NCBI GenBank assembly: GCA_046582495.1
Contig: JAYGEG010000099.1
Location: 1,858-65,857, forward strand
DNA: 64,000 nucleotides
Origin: Rhodospirillales bacterium
Lineage (GTDB): Bacteria; Pseudomonadota; Alphaproteobacteria; Rhodospirillales; UBA2165
Direction: 5' to 3'
Both the position numbers and the translations under genes were made by a program. A model generated the notes under the pieces. It searched no databases and had not been told where the DNA came from. It worked only from the letters and a program-made list of their open reading frames with translations. Position 1 is the stretch's first letter. Each line of letters starts with the position of its first letter. This document shows positions 26,763 to 37,453 of the stretch, piece by piece.

Positions 26763-28046
26763 ATGGCTGACAATTCGTCGGTAATCACATCCGTATCAGA
26801 ACGGCGAACACCTGAGAGTTCGCTGCTCGATCATGTTGAACGCGTCGCTCATAGTCGAAGCGGACGGTTTGCGGTGCAAGTTCATTTGTCCGACCTACGT
26901 CCCCACAATCGAAAACCACACCATATCCGTATTGCAGCGCGTTCATTTGATTCGGTATTGAACTCTGCTGAATCCAATCTCTATGTCCTGACGTCGAACG
27001 ATCTCGTGCTAATCTGCAAAGACGTTCGCATCGACGATCTTGATAATGCGATCGATAAATTACGCAGACTTTTCCGCAACGATCCATTGGCGGCTGGCGG
27101 CAGAGGCGGTGGCCAAGATGGTTTTACCAGCTGGTTCGATTTTGAAGCCGATTACGATAACTTCCTCCAACTGGTCATCGAAATGTCCGATGCGCGTGGA
27201 ACTGAGTTTGGCATCGGTGAAGATGCCTCGGCGGGGCGTGAATTAGGTGTCGGCTTTATGGGCGAAGTACTAGATCCGTTCAGTTTGGCAAAGGTCGACG
27301 ATTCGCTCAATCGCACTCGCATTGAAGATATGATCCAGCAACAACCCGCGGTAATTATCGGCGCGGATGGCACGGAACGCATTTTGTTTCAAGAAAATTA
27401 TCTCTCAATCGCCGAGCTTCAACGCCGTATTGCACCGGGCTACAACCTGATTTCTAACCAATGGCTATTCCAACACCTCACCCAGACTATAGATCGCCGC
27501 ATGTTGGCGACGCTTGCCCGCGATGATTTCGGCTCTATGTCAGATGCCATCAGCATCAACTTGAATATCAGCACAGTCCTGTCGAAAGATTTTCAACGCT
27601 TTGATGAAGCGGTGGCGGAATTCACCGGCAAGGTTGTTATTGAGTTACAACAGATCGACATCTTTTCTGATTTGGATAGCTTTTATTACGCTCGCAATTG
27701 GCTCAGAGACCGCGGCTATCGAATTTGTATCGACGGCCTGACCTATGAAACGATTTCCTTCATTGACCGGGAAAAGCTTGGTGCGGATATGGTCAAACTG
27801 ATCTGGAATCAAGAACTGGTCGATAGCGTCGGAAAAGAGGAGGCTTCCCGTATTGTTGCTGAAATAAGTGGGTCGAGGATTATCCTATGCCGCTGTGATG
27901 ATGAAACAGCGATTGAGTTTGGTCAATCGGTCGGCATTAGCATGTTCCAAGGCCGCCATATTGAGAACCTGATTGCCGAGGAAAATCGCCGCCGGGAAAT
28001 GGAAATGGCAAAACGGCGCACCCAAAATTTGAACTTCATTGATTAG
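26763..28046 (+). CDS. Degenerate EAL-domain protein
   Basis: ISINLN, VVIEL, RICIDG, DMVKL, ISMFQG match the EAL barrel strands; canonical ExLxR, DDFG and EGVE are missing. Confidence 0.7.
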   Translation: MADNSSVITSVSERRTPESSLLDHVERVAHSRSGRFAVQVHLSDLRPHNRKPHHIRIAARSFDSVLNSAESNLYVLTSNDLVLICKDVRIDDLDNAIDKLRRLFRNDPLAAGGRGGGQDGFTSWFDFEADYDNFLQLVIEMSDARGTEFGIGEDASAGRELGVGFMGEVLDPFSLAKVDDSLNRTRIEDMIQQQPAVIIGADGTERILFQENYLSIAELQRRIAPGYNLISNQWLFQHLTQTIDRRMLATLARDDFGSMSDAISINLNISTVLSKDFQRFDEAVAEFTGKVVIELQQIDIFSDLDSFYYARNWLRDRGYRICIDGLTYETISFIDREKLGADMVKLIWNQELVDSVGKEEASRIVAEISGSRIILCRCDDETAIEFGQSVGISMFQGRHIENLIAEENRRREMEMAKRRTQNLNFID

Positions 28047-28088
28047 CTCACACTATTTGCATTTTCAGTCTGTAGAGGATATCGGCAA

Positions 28089-28778
28089 ATGCTCGATTTA
28101 ATTAGCCGCAAGCTAAAATTAATTACTATTTTGACCACCTTTGCAATTGGCCTATCCGCCTGTGCCAGCGGGCCAAAAATACCAACTTCGGAAGCATTGG
28201 TTACATCTGCGGCGCGCACTTTAAATATTCTCAAAAACCGGGCCGATCTCGAACGGTTCAACAGTCAGCTTAAAAAAGCGGCTGGAGTTGCGATCTTTCC
28301 GTCGGTTTACAAAGTTGGCTTTTTTGTCGGCGCGGAAGGCGGCAATGGCCTTTTGATCGCCAAAAATAAAAATGGCGATTGGGGTTACCCGGCATTTTAC
28401 ACATTGGCTTCCGGCAGCTGGGGCCTGCAATTTGGCGGTCAAAAATCCGGCGTAATTTTGATTATTCGGAGCCCCGCCGCTGTTGCTGCGCTGATGAAAC
28501 ATCAGGGTAAATTCTCTGCCGATGCCGGTATAGCCGTCGGCACTGTCGGCACCGGCATCGAAGGATCGGTAACGTCAAACCTCGGCGCAGATATTATCGC
28601 TTATAGTGATTCAAAGGGATTGTTCGGTGGCGTTTCACTGGAAGGCTCAGCCATTGTTCGACGCAATGACCTAAACTCGGAATATTATGGAGGGGCGGTA
28701 GAGCCCCGCGCTATTCTCATTGATCATGCTCATCAGAATGCACAGGCGAATGTTCTTCGCCAAAATCTGAGCGAGTAA
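28089..28778 (+). CDS. SYLF/Ysc84 lipid-binding domain lipoprotein
   Basis: Lipobox LSAC; KVGFFVGAEGGNG, GSWGLQFGGQ, YSDSKGLFGGVSLEG. Confidence 0.88.
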   Translation: MLDLISRKLKLITILTTFAIGLSACASGPKIPTSEALVTSAARTLNILKNRADLERFNSQLKKAAGVAIFPSVYKVGFFVGAEGGNGLLIAKNKNGDWGYPAFYTLASGSWGLQFGGQKSGVILIIRSPAAVAALMKHQGKFSADAGIAVGTVGTGIEGSVTSNLGADIIAYSDSKGLFGGVSLEGSAIVRRNDLNSEYYGGAVEPRAILIDHAHQNAQANVLRQNLSE

Positions 28779-28826
28779 CGTTACTCCAGCCGGATTTTTT
28801 AACTTCTAGGTCACACTCACATTCCG

Positions 28827-28851
28827 CAAAAGCTTGGTCTCCAGGCTTTTT
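28827..28851 (+). terminator. Rho-independent terminator
   Basis: AAAAGCTTGG-TCT-CCAGGCTTTTT. Confidence 0.6.
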
Positions 28852-28922
28852 ATTTGGCAATTTGTGAGATACATAATGCCTACCTTTTTTCCACATCAAT
28901 ATTATGAACGGTCTACGCATAA

Positions 28923-30623
28923 ATGAGCCCATCAGATACACCCATCACGACCGAAGATGATGAAGGATCGCGCGATTTTATACGCGATATTGTGCATGAA
29001 GATTTGAATTCTGGGCGCAAATCATCGGTCGTTACGCGATTTCCGCCAGAACCAAACGGCTATCTCCACATCGGACACGCAAAATCGATTGTTTTAAATT
29101 TCGGCATTGCCGAGGAATTTGGCGGCCGCTGTCATTTGCGTTTTGATGACACCAATCCAGCCAAAGAAGAGCAGGAATACATCGATGCCATTCAAGAGGA
29201 CGTGCGCTGGTTGGGTTTCAATTGGGGCGATCACCTTTATTATACATCTGATTATTTTGAGCAGCTTTATGTCTGGGCCCAACATCTGATCACCGAAGGC
29301 TTGGCCTATGTCGACGATTTGACTGCCGATGAAATTCGCGAGCACCGCGGCACCTTGACCGAATCCGGTACCAACAGCCCCTACAGGGACCGTGCACCGG
29401 AAGAAAGCCTTGATCTGTTTCAGCGTATGCGGGCTGGTGAGTTTGAAAATGGTGCCAAAGTATTACGTGCTAAAATCGATATGTCCTCAGGAAATATCAA
29501 TCTGCGCGATCCGGTGATTTATCGCATCCTGCATGCCGAGCATCCGCGCACGGGCAAGGATTGGTGCATATATCCTAATTATGATTTTGCCCACGGCCAA
29601 TCAGATGCGATTGAGGAGATCACACACTCTATTTGCACGTTGGAGTTTGAAGACCATCGACCGCTTTATGACTGGCTGATCAAGAACCTTCCGGTGCCAT
29701 CCGAGCCTCACCAATATGAGTTCGCTCGGCTCAATCTGACCTATACAGTTTTATCTAAACGTCGCCTCATGCAATTGGTAAACGAAGGCCATGTCGAAGG
29801 CTGGGATGATCCCCGCATGCCTACGATCAGCGGGTATCGCCGGCGCGGCTATCCAGCGGCGGCAATCCGTGACTTTGCTGGTCGAATTGGCGTTTCAAAA
29901 TCAAATGCAACCCTTGAAGTACAAGCGCTTGAAGCCTGCGTGAGGGATCATTTAAACACACATGCCGAACGCCGCATGGCCGTCCTCAATCCTTTAAAAG
30001 TCGTGATCGAGAATTATCCTGAAGATCAATCGGAAGAGCTTGATGCCCTTAATAATCCAAACGATGAAACCGCTGGCAAACGCAAGGTTCCTTTTAGCCG
30101 GGAGCTCTATATCGAGCGAGATGACTTCATGGAAGACCCGCCGAAAAAGTTTTTCCGTTTGGCACCAGGCCGAGAAGTACGGTTGCGCTACGCCTATTTT
30201 GTCACCTGCACCGAAGCGATCAAAGACGACAACGGCGAAATTGTCGAACTGCGCTGCACCTATGACCCAGAAACAAAAGGTGGTAACGCGCCAGATGGCC
30301 GCAAGGTCAAAGCAACGCTTCACTGGGTATCAACGGCCCATGCTGTCGGTGCCAGAATTCATCAGTATGAGCATTTGTTTACGGAAGAAATTCCGGGTGG
30401 CGGCGCGGGTGATTTTTTAGAGGACATTAATTCAAACTCGTTATCTATATTAACCGGTTGCAAACTTGAACCCGCTTTGCAAAATGCTAAACATGGGGAA
30501 ACAGTTCAATTTGAACGCCTCGGGTATTTCTGCCTCGACAAAACCGCGACCTCAGATGAACTTGTCTTCAATCAAACCATTGGCTTGAGAGACAATTGGG
30601 CTAAAGTGAAAGCCAAAGGCTAA
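28923..30623 (+). CDS. glnS: Glutamine--tRNA ligase
   Basis: [36 protein letters not shown]-terminal beta-barrel with FERLGYF. Confidence 0.96.
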   Translation: MSPSDTPITTEDDEGSRDFIRDIVHEDLNSGRKSSVVTRFPPEPNGYLHIGHAKSIVLNFGIAEEFGGRCHLRFDDTNPAKEEQEYIDAIQEDVRWLGFNWGDHLYYTSDYFEQLYVWAQHLITEGLAYVDDLTADEIREHRGTLTESGTNSPYRDRAPEESLDLFQRMRAGEFENGAKVLRAKIDMSSGNINLRDPVIYRILHAEHPRTGKDWCIYPNYDFAHGQSDAIEEITHSICTLEFEDHRPLYDWLIKNLPVPSEPHQYEFARLNLTYTVLSKRRLMQLVNEGHVEGWDDPRMPTISGYRRRGYPAAAIRDFAGRIGVSKSNATLEVQALEACVRDHLNTHAERRMAVLNPLKVVIENYPEDQSEELDALNNPNDETAGKRKVPFSRELYIERDDFMEDPPKKFFRLAPGREVRLRYAYFVTCTEAIKDDNGEIVELRCTYDPETKGGNAPDGRKVKATLHWVSTAHAVGARIHQYEHLFTEEIPGGGAGDFLEDINSNSLSILTGCKLEPALQNAKHGETVQFERLGYFCLDKTATSDELVFNQTIGLRDNWAKVKAKG

Positions 30624-30652
30624 AATTTAAATTCGTAAGGGGAGAAGTTAAA

Positions 30653-31078
30653 ATGACAAAACAAATTGAACACTTACACTGGCCTGATGCGCCGGACATG
30701 TGGATGCCCTATGCACCGGCGATCAAAGTTACCGGTGGCTCAACGATTTATTGCGCTGGTGTTACTGCAGCGCCGGTCTACCACCATCATCCGCATCGCC
30801 CTGAAGAGTTTGATTCCATGCCCGACGACATGGAAGGGCAAGCTCGCGCGGTTATGGAAAATCTAAAACATGGATTGGAAGCCGCCGGAGCCACCTTTGC
30901 AGATGTCATAGTATGCGACCGTTTTCTCACAGACATGGAAATGCAAGACGATTTGAATAAAGTCTGGAATGAGTATTTCACCGATCATAGTCCGGCTTCA
31001 ACAACGGTTCAGATTGTCCGCCTCGCGACTGATCCGCGCTGTCTCTTGGAGGTCAACGCGATCGCCGTGATCGACTAA
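30653..31078 (+). CDS. RidA/YjgF/UK114 family protein (no catalytic Arg)
   Basis: PYAPA, QARAVMENL..LEAAG, LLEVNAIA; PAST in place of PARS. Confidence 0.85.
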   Translation: MTKQIEHLHWPDAPDMWMPYAPAIKVTGGSTIYCAGVTAAPVYHHHPHRPEEFDSMPDDMEGQARAVMENLKHGLEAAGATFADVIVCDRFLTDMEMQDDLNKVWNEYFTDHSPASTTVQIVRLATDPRCLLEVNAIAVID

Positions 31079-31106
31079 TCAACACACCTATATTTTTGAA
31101 TTTTTT

Positions 31107-31145
31107 GGCCGCCTGCGTTTATCGCTGGCGGTTATTTTGTTTTTG
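31107..31145 (+). terminator. Rho-independent terminator after the Rid gene
   Basis: GGCCGCCTGCG-TTTAT-CGCTGGCGGTT followed by a T-rich tract. Confidence 0.6.
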
Positions 31146-31224
31146 AGGCACTTAATCCCACTTATAATTATAGGAAATGCACATATAATAGTATAGTCGT
31201 TAAAAATGCCGCGAGTTTAATTTT

Positions 31225-32991
31225 ATGAATATGATTATTAGAACTTTCGCGATTGCGATCATCTATGCATTCACCGGATATAATAGGACAATTGATTTCC
31301 TTGCCGCCCGGGAACGTAACATTTTTGTGGCCGCCATCGGGTATCGCTTTATCTGCTATAATCCTATTGGGAGCTAGTGCACTTCCCGGAATTTTTTTGG
31401 CGCACTCGTCATAAATGGTTGGACCTTCTTTAACGGCTGGAGTTTTGATGCTCTAACCGTCCAAACCAGCATTGGTATTGCAATTGGATCCTGCCTCCAA
31501 CCACTCGCCGGCAAATATCTCATCGATAGATTTATCCGAAGTGCCAATCCTTTTAGCAGTTTTAAGACCTCCTCGCAGTTTGCTGTCATCGCACTCCTCA
31601 TATGCTTGATAAGTTCATCCATCGGCGTCACGAGTCTTTTGCAAGGCAGCTACATTCAATTCGTCTCCCTTCAGTTTACCTGGCTCACTTGGTGGGCTGG
31701 CGATTTAATCGGCATTATAATATTTACGCCAGTCATACTTTTGTTGTCGCGGATGTCGTTAAACCGAGCTGGTATAATTGTTGCCATTTTAGTTGTCGGG
31801 CTCATCGCATCAAATATGCTTAGCCGTGTTTTGCGAGAAGAAGCGGAAAGGAACTGGAAGGCTCAGGCGGAACAATCGGCAGAACGCGCCACCTCAACTT
31901 TTCTTTTCTGGTTGGATATCACCTATGCACCAATCAAAAGCCTGGCATTAATATTTAATAGCTCCAGCAATGTAACGGAAAAAGAATTCCTCGATGCAGC
32001 CGGCGCTTTTAAAGACCAAGAAGATGGCCTGATACCGGATGCTATCGCTTTTGTAAGAAAGCAGAAATTCACGAGTAATGCCTCTGCTCGATATATTGTT
32101 GACTATTCAACCGATAAAAGTGGCTTTTTGTCTCCCGGCTCCGAAGTGACGGAAAATCCCCTTGTCAAAGCCGCCGCAAAATCTGCAGAAGCAAACAAAA
32201 ATCAATTAACAATTGGCGCGTTGCAAACTTCAAAATCATCGGACGCCTCTGCTTTTGTTGCTATAACGGTCCGCAACGGAGAACAGGAAGGGATTATTAT
32301 AGGAAAGATCGGGTTAAATAATTTGATAGACGGGCTCTACAATTTGCGCGTACCCACTGGACTTCATTTAATGCTACGAGGCCGGGCAGCGGATACGCCT
32401 GAAAAAAACCCGCTTCAAAGATTGTATCACCACGGTGCCAAGCATCATACGGCGGAAGACATCACTTCAATTCGAACAAAAAGCGCTAAAGCGGATCTTG
32501 AGTTTAGCTGGTCCGTTAGCTCTGACTTTATAGGTGGGGCAAACGTGCAATCATCATCGATCCTATTGGTAGGTGGATCGATTGTAACTTTAATGATTTC
32601 ACTATTTACCCTGTTCCTTTTTGAACAAAACCGAAAAGTCCAACAGCGCGTATTGGATCGCACCGCTCAACTTATATCTAGTGAAAGGCGATTGCTTGAT
32701 ATTCTGAAGCAAAGCCCGATGGGTGTGGCAATTTCGGACATTTCAAAAGAAGGCATAATTCATTATGCAAATCCGCGCTTTGCAGAAATGTTCGGATTAG
32801 AAGTGGAAGATTTGATCGGAGCGCAAGCGAATGGTCTTTACGCTAATCCGGAGGACAGATTTAAAATTATCAAAGAATTTGAAGAAAAAGGAGCCGTCGG
32901 ACGAGAATTGCGAATGATCGATTTGAAAAAAGAGATCAACGAGCTTATGGAAGAAACAGGTAGCGACGCGCCTTACGACGTTTTGGATTGA
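31225..32991 (+). pseudogene. MASE1-CHASE-like-PAS membrane sensor, doubly frameshifted and apparently internally deleted
   Basis: ATG 31225; +1 shift near 31280 gives the MASE1 motif FLWPPSGIALSAIILLG; -1 shift in the T run 31392-31398 returns to the 31606 frame (WWAGDLIG, periplasmic domain, TM, half PAS, GRELRMIDLKKEINEL). Confidence 0.75.
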
Positions 32992-33458
32992 GCCTCTGAA
33001 TTTCCGAGAATTGTCGTAATCCGCATCAGCATGTTCAACAATTGCTCGCGTTCACCAACCTCTAGCACGGTATCCATTAGGCATTCCTGAGCTTCGATGC
33101 TGGTTGTTGAAAGCTCGGCTTTGTTTTGTCCAACCTTTGTCAGCCACAATCCGAAATAGCGACCATCTTCGGCATTTCTTCTCCGGTTAATCCATTTACG
33201 GTCCATCAGTCGATTAACCGCATAAGAAAGCGTAGACTTATCAAGCCCGTATAATTTTGTCAGCGTCTTCTGATTGATGCCAGGATTGGCTCCCACAATC
33301 GTCAGCAAACCGAACTCACCTGGCGTCACGCCAATGCTTTTCATCTTGGCTTCAATATCGCGAAAAACCGCTGTTTGAGCTTGGCGAATTTGATAGCCGA
33401 GATAACTTGGCAAGGCCGCCAATTTTACAGCGTCATCATTTTGTTCTTCATCATGCAT
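32973..33458 (-). CDS. MarR family regulator
   Basis: YLGYQIRQAQ, GVTPGEFGLL..NPGINQ, wing EDGR..LWLT; divergent from the oxygenase. Confidence 0.92.
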   Translation of the reverse strand: MHDEEQNDDAVKLAALPSYLGYQIRQAQTAVFRDIEAKMKSIGVTPGEFGLLTIVGANPGINQKTLTKLYGLDKSTLSYAVNRLMDRKWINRRRNAEDGRYFGLWLTKVGQNKAELSTTSIEAQECLMDTVLEVGEREQLLNMLMRITTILGNSEAQSKTS

Positions 33459-33499
33459 TAAATAAATCCAATGATATCAAATCCTTGTGATATTATATA

Positions 33500-33530
33500 A
33501 AAAATTAGTTGGTAGTTCAAACTATTTTTT
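33500..33530. promoter_or_regulatory. Probable MarR operator palindrome
   Basis: AAAAATTAGTT-GGTAGTTCA-AACTATTTTTT (TAGTT-N9-AACTA) between the divergent marR and oxygenase genes. Confidence 0.65.
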
Positions 33531-33601
33531 GTACTATCCAGAAACAGCTGTAAGGCAGCCCAAGAAAAGCTCAGCAATAGAGCCGGAGGAAACCCTTAAT
33601 T

Positions 33602-34915
33602 ATGAAGCAAGACAGAAACGATTTATTGACGCTCACCGGTCCGGGGCATCCTGCCGGAAAAGTGCTGCGTCAATATTGGATGCCGGCAGCCCTCAGTGAT
33701 GAGTTGGATGATCATCGGCCGATCGTTCCGATCAGGCTGATGGGCGAAGATTTGGTATTATTTAGAAGTGATGAAGGAGCACTCGGCCTGCTCGATCGCC
33801 AATGTCCGCACCGCGGGGTCGATTTATGTTATGGCCGTCTCGAAGACGGTGGGCTTAGATGCCCGTTTCACGGCTGGCATTTCACGACGGATGGTCAATG
33901 TACCGAACAACCGGGTGAGCCTGCAGATTCAATAATTTTTGAGCAGATCAAAACGACGGCCTATCCCGTGGTCGAAAAGAACGGCATCATTTTTGCTTTC
34001 ATGGGCGAAGGGGAGCCGCCTGCTTTCCCGGAACTTGATTGCTTCAGAGCACCAGACAGCCACGTTTTTGCCTTCAAAGGACTATGGCAATGCAATTGGC
34101 TGCAAGCGCTTGAGGTCGGTATCGATCCGGCGCACGCCTCTTTCCTTCATCGTTTTTTTGAAGACGAAAACCCAGATGATCAATACGGCAAGCAATTTCG
34201 AGACACTGCGGCGGATACCGACATTCCAATCACTCAGGTGCTGCGCGACTACCATCGCCCGGAAATCATCACAGAACAGACAGATTTTGGTATTCGCATC
34301 AAAACTTTGCGGCATCTTGAGAACGACAAAACCCATGTTCGCGTAACCAATCAAGTCTTCCCTTCAGCCATCACCATTCCAATGTCGAGCGATATGACCA
34401 TCACCCAATGGCATGTTCCGATAGATGAGCAGAATTGTTATTGGTACGCCATATTCACCAGTTTTACCGATCCCATCGACAAACAAAAAATGCGTGATCA
34501 GAGATTGGCGGAACACTCCCTCCCGGATTACATGCCAAACAAGAATAAGAGCAATCACTACGGCTTTGACAGCGAAGAGCAAAAATCTCTCACCTATACC
34601 GGCATGGGCATGGACATAAACGTCCATGATCAATGGGCCTGCGAGTCCATGGGTGTTGTCCAGGATCGTACTAAGGAACATCTCGGCACCACCGACAAGG
34701 CCATTTCAGCCTATCGGCGTCTGCTGCTGCAAACGATTTCCAAAATTGAAAATGGAGAAAAGGATCTCATCGGCATCGTTACCGAAGATACGGCGAAAAA
34801 CATTAAAGGGCCAATTGCGCTGGACGCGATAGGTGAGACGGAAAATTGGGAAAACACCTGGATAGACGGCGATGCAAAACGGCGCGCCGTCTGTCCTTGG
34901 GATGCCGACCTTTAA
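33602..34915 (+). CDS. Rieske non-heme iron oxygenase, alpha subunit (phthalate 4,5-dioxygenase/LigX-like)
   Basis: CPHRG...CPFHGW Rieske site, IDPAHASFLH mononuclear Fe site, DQWACESMG, EHLGTTD. Confidence 0.9.
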   Translation: MKQDRNDLLTLTGPGHPAGKVLRQYWMPAALSDELDDHRPIVPIRLMGEDLVLFRSDEGALGLLDRQCPHRGVDLCYGRLEDGGLRCPFHGWHFTTDGQCTEQPGEPADSIIFEQIKTTAYPVVEKNGIIFAFMGEGEPPAFPELDCFRAPDSHVFAFKGLWQCNWLQALEVGIDPAHASFLHRFFEDENPDDQYGKQFRDTAADTDIPITQVLRDYHRPEIITEQTDFGIRIKTLRHLENDKTHVRVTNQVFPSAITIPMSSDMTITQWHVPIDEQNCYWYAIFTSFTDPIDKQKMRDQRLAEHSLPDYMPNKNKSNHYGFDSEEQKSLTYTGMGMDINVHDQWACESMGVVQDRTKEHLGTTDKAISAYRRLLLQTISKIENGEKDLIGIVTEDTAKNIKGPIALDAIGETENWENTWIDGDAKRRAVCPWDADL

Positions 34916-34942
34916 AGAAACACTGGGAACACGAGGCACTTT

Positions 34943-36409
34943 ATGAGCGAAAATAACGGTAGTATGGGTCGCGACAATTTTGCGGAGCGATTTGATCTTT
35001 GGAACATTGAGCAAAAAGCCGCTGCCAAAGACATCGAAAAGCAAATCAAAGACCTGGATCTTGAGGTCATTCGAATTTCCTTTCCAGATCAACATGGCAT
35101 ATTGCGCGGCAAAACGATTGTCGCCGATGAAATTTCGTCAGCGCTCCGCAATGGCGTCGGCATGGTGACGACCTTGCTTGCCAAGGACACATCGCACAAA
35201 ACGGTTTTTCCGTGGTTTACTGAGGGCGGCGGCTTCGGCATGGAGGAAATGACCGGCGGTGGTGATTTTTTGATGGTGGCGGACCCGACGACCTTTCGGG
35301 TTCTGCCTTGGGCACATAAAACCGGCTGGCTCCTCGCCGACATTTATTTTCCGAACGGCAAGCCGGTACCCTTTTCAACCCGCCAAATTCTGCGCGACGC
35401 GTTAAGTGAGTTAGGCGAGGCCGGCTATGATTACGTCAGTGGCCTTGAAGTTGAATTTCATCTTTTTAAGCTAGAAGACCCTAAACTCCGCCCTGAACAA
35501 GCTGGCCAGCCTGCCGAGCCGCCGGAGGTCAGCCTACTGGCCCATGGATTCCAGTATTTGACCGAGCAGCGCATGGACGAAATTGATCCCCATCTTGAGA
35601 CTTTGAGGCGGCATTTGCTTGATATTGGTCTACCTCTTCGTACTCTCGAAGTGGAGTATGGCCCGAGCCAGGTCGAAATTACCTTTAATCCCGGCGTTGG
35701 GTTGGCAACTGCGGATGCGATGATTTTGTTTAGAAGTGCGGTGAAACAAATCGCTCATCGCCAAGGACTTCACGCGACATTTATGTGCCGGCCCAATTTG
35801 CCAAATTTGTTTTCATCTGGCTGGCATCTCCATCAAAGCCTGCTCGACAAAAATACCGGAGACAACGTATTTATCCCGGATACAGATGAGCACGCGCTCT
35901 CCCTGCTTGGCCGTCAGTTTGTTGCCGGGCTTTTGAAACATGCCAGAGGTGCCGCACTTTTCTCAACGCCAACGATCAATGGCTACAAGCGCTATCAGCC
36001 TTATTCTCTGGCACCGGACCGCGCGCTTTGGGGGCGAGATAATCGCGGTGCCATGCTGCGGGTTATTGGCGGTGCAGGTGATGCCGGCTCCAGGATCGAA
36101 AACAGAATTGGCGAGCCTGCCGCAAATCCGTATCTCTATCTCGCCTCACAGATATATTCAGGTCTCGACGGTATCTATAATGAGCTGGAGCCATCGACAC
36201 CGGTCGATGCCGCCTATGATACCGATGCCCCACCGCTTCCCCGCTCGCTGTTAGAGGCGACATTTGCGCTCAAAGAAGATAGCTATATCCGGGAGAAATT
36301 CGGTGATCAGTTCATCGATTATATCCTGCACATCAAGGAAGCCGAAATCAGCCGTTTCCTCTCAACCGTCACCGATTGGGAACATAAAGAATATTTCGAG
36401 ATTTTTTAA
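34943..36409 (+). CDS. Glutamine synthetase-like (gamma-glutamyl ligase) protein
   Basis: DQHGILRGK, GLEVEF, EYGPSQVE, SGWHLHQS, WGRDNRGAMLR, ENRIGEPAANPYL. Confidence 0.9.
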   Translation: MSENNGSMGRDNFAERFDLWNIEQKAAAKDIEKQIKDLDLEVIRISFPDQHGILRGKTIVADEISSALRNGVGMVTTLLAKDTSHKTVFPWFTEGGGFGMEEMTGGGDFLMVADPTTFRVLPWAHKTGWLLADIYFPNGKPVPFSTRQILRDALSELGEAGYDYVSGLEVEFHLFKLEDPKLRPEQAGQPAEPPEVSLLAHGFQYLTEQRMDEIDPHLETLRRHLLDIGLPLRTLEVEYGPSQVEITFNPGVGLATADAMILFRSAVKQIAHRQGLHATFMCRPNLPNLFSSGWHLHQSLLDKNTGDNVFIPDTDEHALSLLGRQFVAGLLKHARGAALFSTPTINGYKRYQPYSLAPDRALWGRDNRGAMLRVIGGAGDAGSRIENRIGEPAANPYLYLASQIYSGLDGIYNELEPSTPVDAAYDTDAPPLPRSLLEATFALKEDSYIREKFGDQFIDYILHIKEAEISRFLSTVTDWEHKEYFEIF

Positions 36410-36522
36410 TAAAACTCAAATATTTTACCTCGTGAAATCGCCATAGATTTTAGGAGAATAGTGAGTTCATACGTTTTAGGGTGTATTTTGATATTCTCAT
36501 GATGGCGGGATTTGTATAGCTG

Positions 36523-37410
36523 ATGCTGCTATCCGCTCAAACAGGTAAAACGCGTATGAAAAGCCCCTTTAAACTTCAAGATGTTCCTGTCTCTGATTCA
36601 GACGTCTCAATTTATGAGCGAGACGGCGTTGTTTGTATCAAAAATGCTATTTCCATTGATTGGATTGAAAAACTTCGTGTCGCCGCTGACTGGGTACAGC
36701 AAAATCCAGGCCCCTATGACACTGATCTTACAACTGGCGGGAAAGGTCAGTTCTATGGCGGGCAATTTTTGTGGTTACGCCGCGAGGAATTCAAAGAGTT
36801 TCTCTTCTCCTCACCAATTGCCGCCATTGTCGCCCGCCTGATGGCCAGCAAGCGCGTACAATTATTTTATGATTTTTTACTGACCAAGGAACCAGGCGGC
36901 TCAAACAAAACGCCCTGGCATCAGGACAGGCTCTATTATCCTCTTAAAGGCAAGGGAGCCGATAATATCTGTTCCACCTGGATTGCGCTTGATCCGGTTA
37001 CCATCGATTCTGGCGCCGTCGAATATATTTCCGGTTCCCACAAATGGGGCCACGCTTATGTGCCCGAATCTTTTACTTTCGATGAGCGTTTTGACGGCCA
37101 TGACGATATCAAAAAACTGCCCGATATAGATGCAGACAGAGATCAATATGACATTAAAAGCTGGGATTTGGAGCCCGGCGATATAGTGGCCCATCACGTT
37201 TTAAATGTTCACGGCGCACCTGAAAACACAGCCGACATTCGCCGCCGCGGTCATGCCATTCGCTGGATCAGCGGTGAAGTGAAATTTGATCCACGTCCCG
37301 AGACTCAGCCGATATTGAGGGAAGCGGTTGAAAATGGCCCAAGCCCTCAAACAGCAAATCAGGTGCTATCGGGCGAAACATTTCCTGTCATAAATTTTGG
37401 TGATAATTGA
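36523..37410 (+). CDS. PhyH-family Fe(II)/2-oxoglutarate dioxygenase (start may be 36556)
   Basis: TPWHQD (HxD), WIALD, GSHKWG, VHGAPEN, RRR. Confidence 0.88.
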   Translation: MLLSAQTGKTRMKSPFKLQDVPVSDSDVSIYERDGVVCIKNAISIDWIEKLRVAADWVQQNPGPYDTDLTTGGKGQFYGGQFLWLRREEFKEFLFSSPIAAIVARLMASKRVQLFYDFLLTKEPGGSNKTPWHQDRLYYPLKGKGADNICSTWIALDPVTIDSGAVEYISGSHKWGHAYVPESFTFDERFDGHDDIKKLPDIDADRDQYDIKSWDLEPGDIVAHHVLNVHGAPENTADIRRRGHAIRWISGEVKFDPRPETQPILREAVENGPSPQTANQVLSGETFPVINFGDN

Positions 37411-37453
37411 AAAGACGGTATATACTTAAAATACAAAATCGGAGACCATTGAA

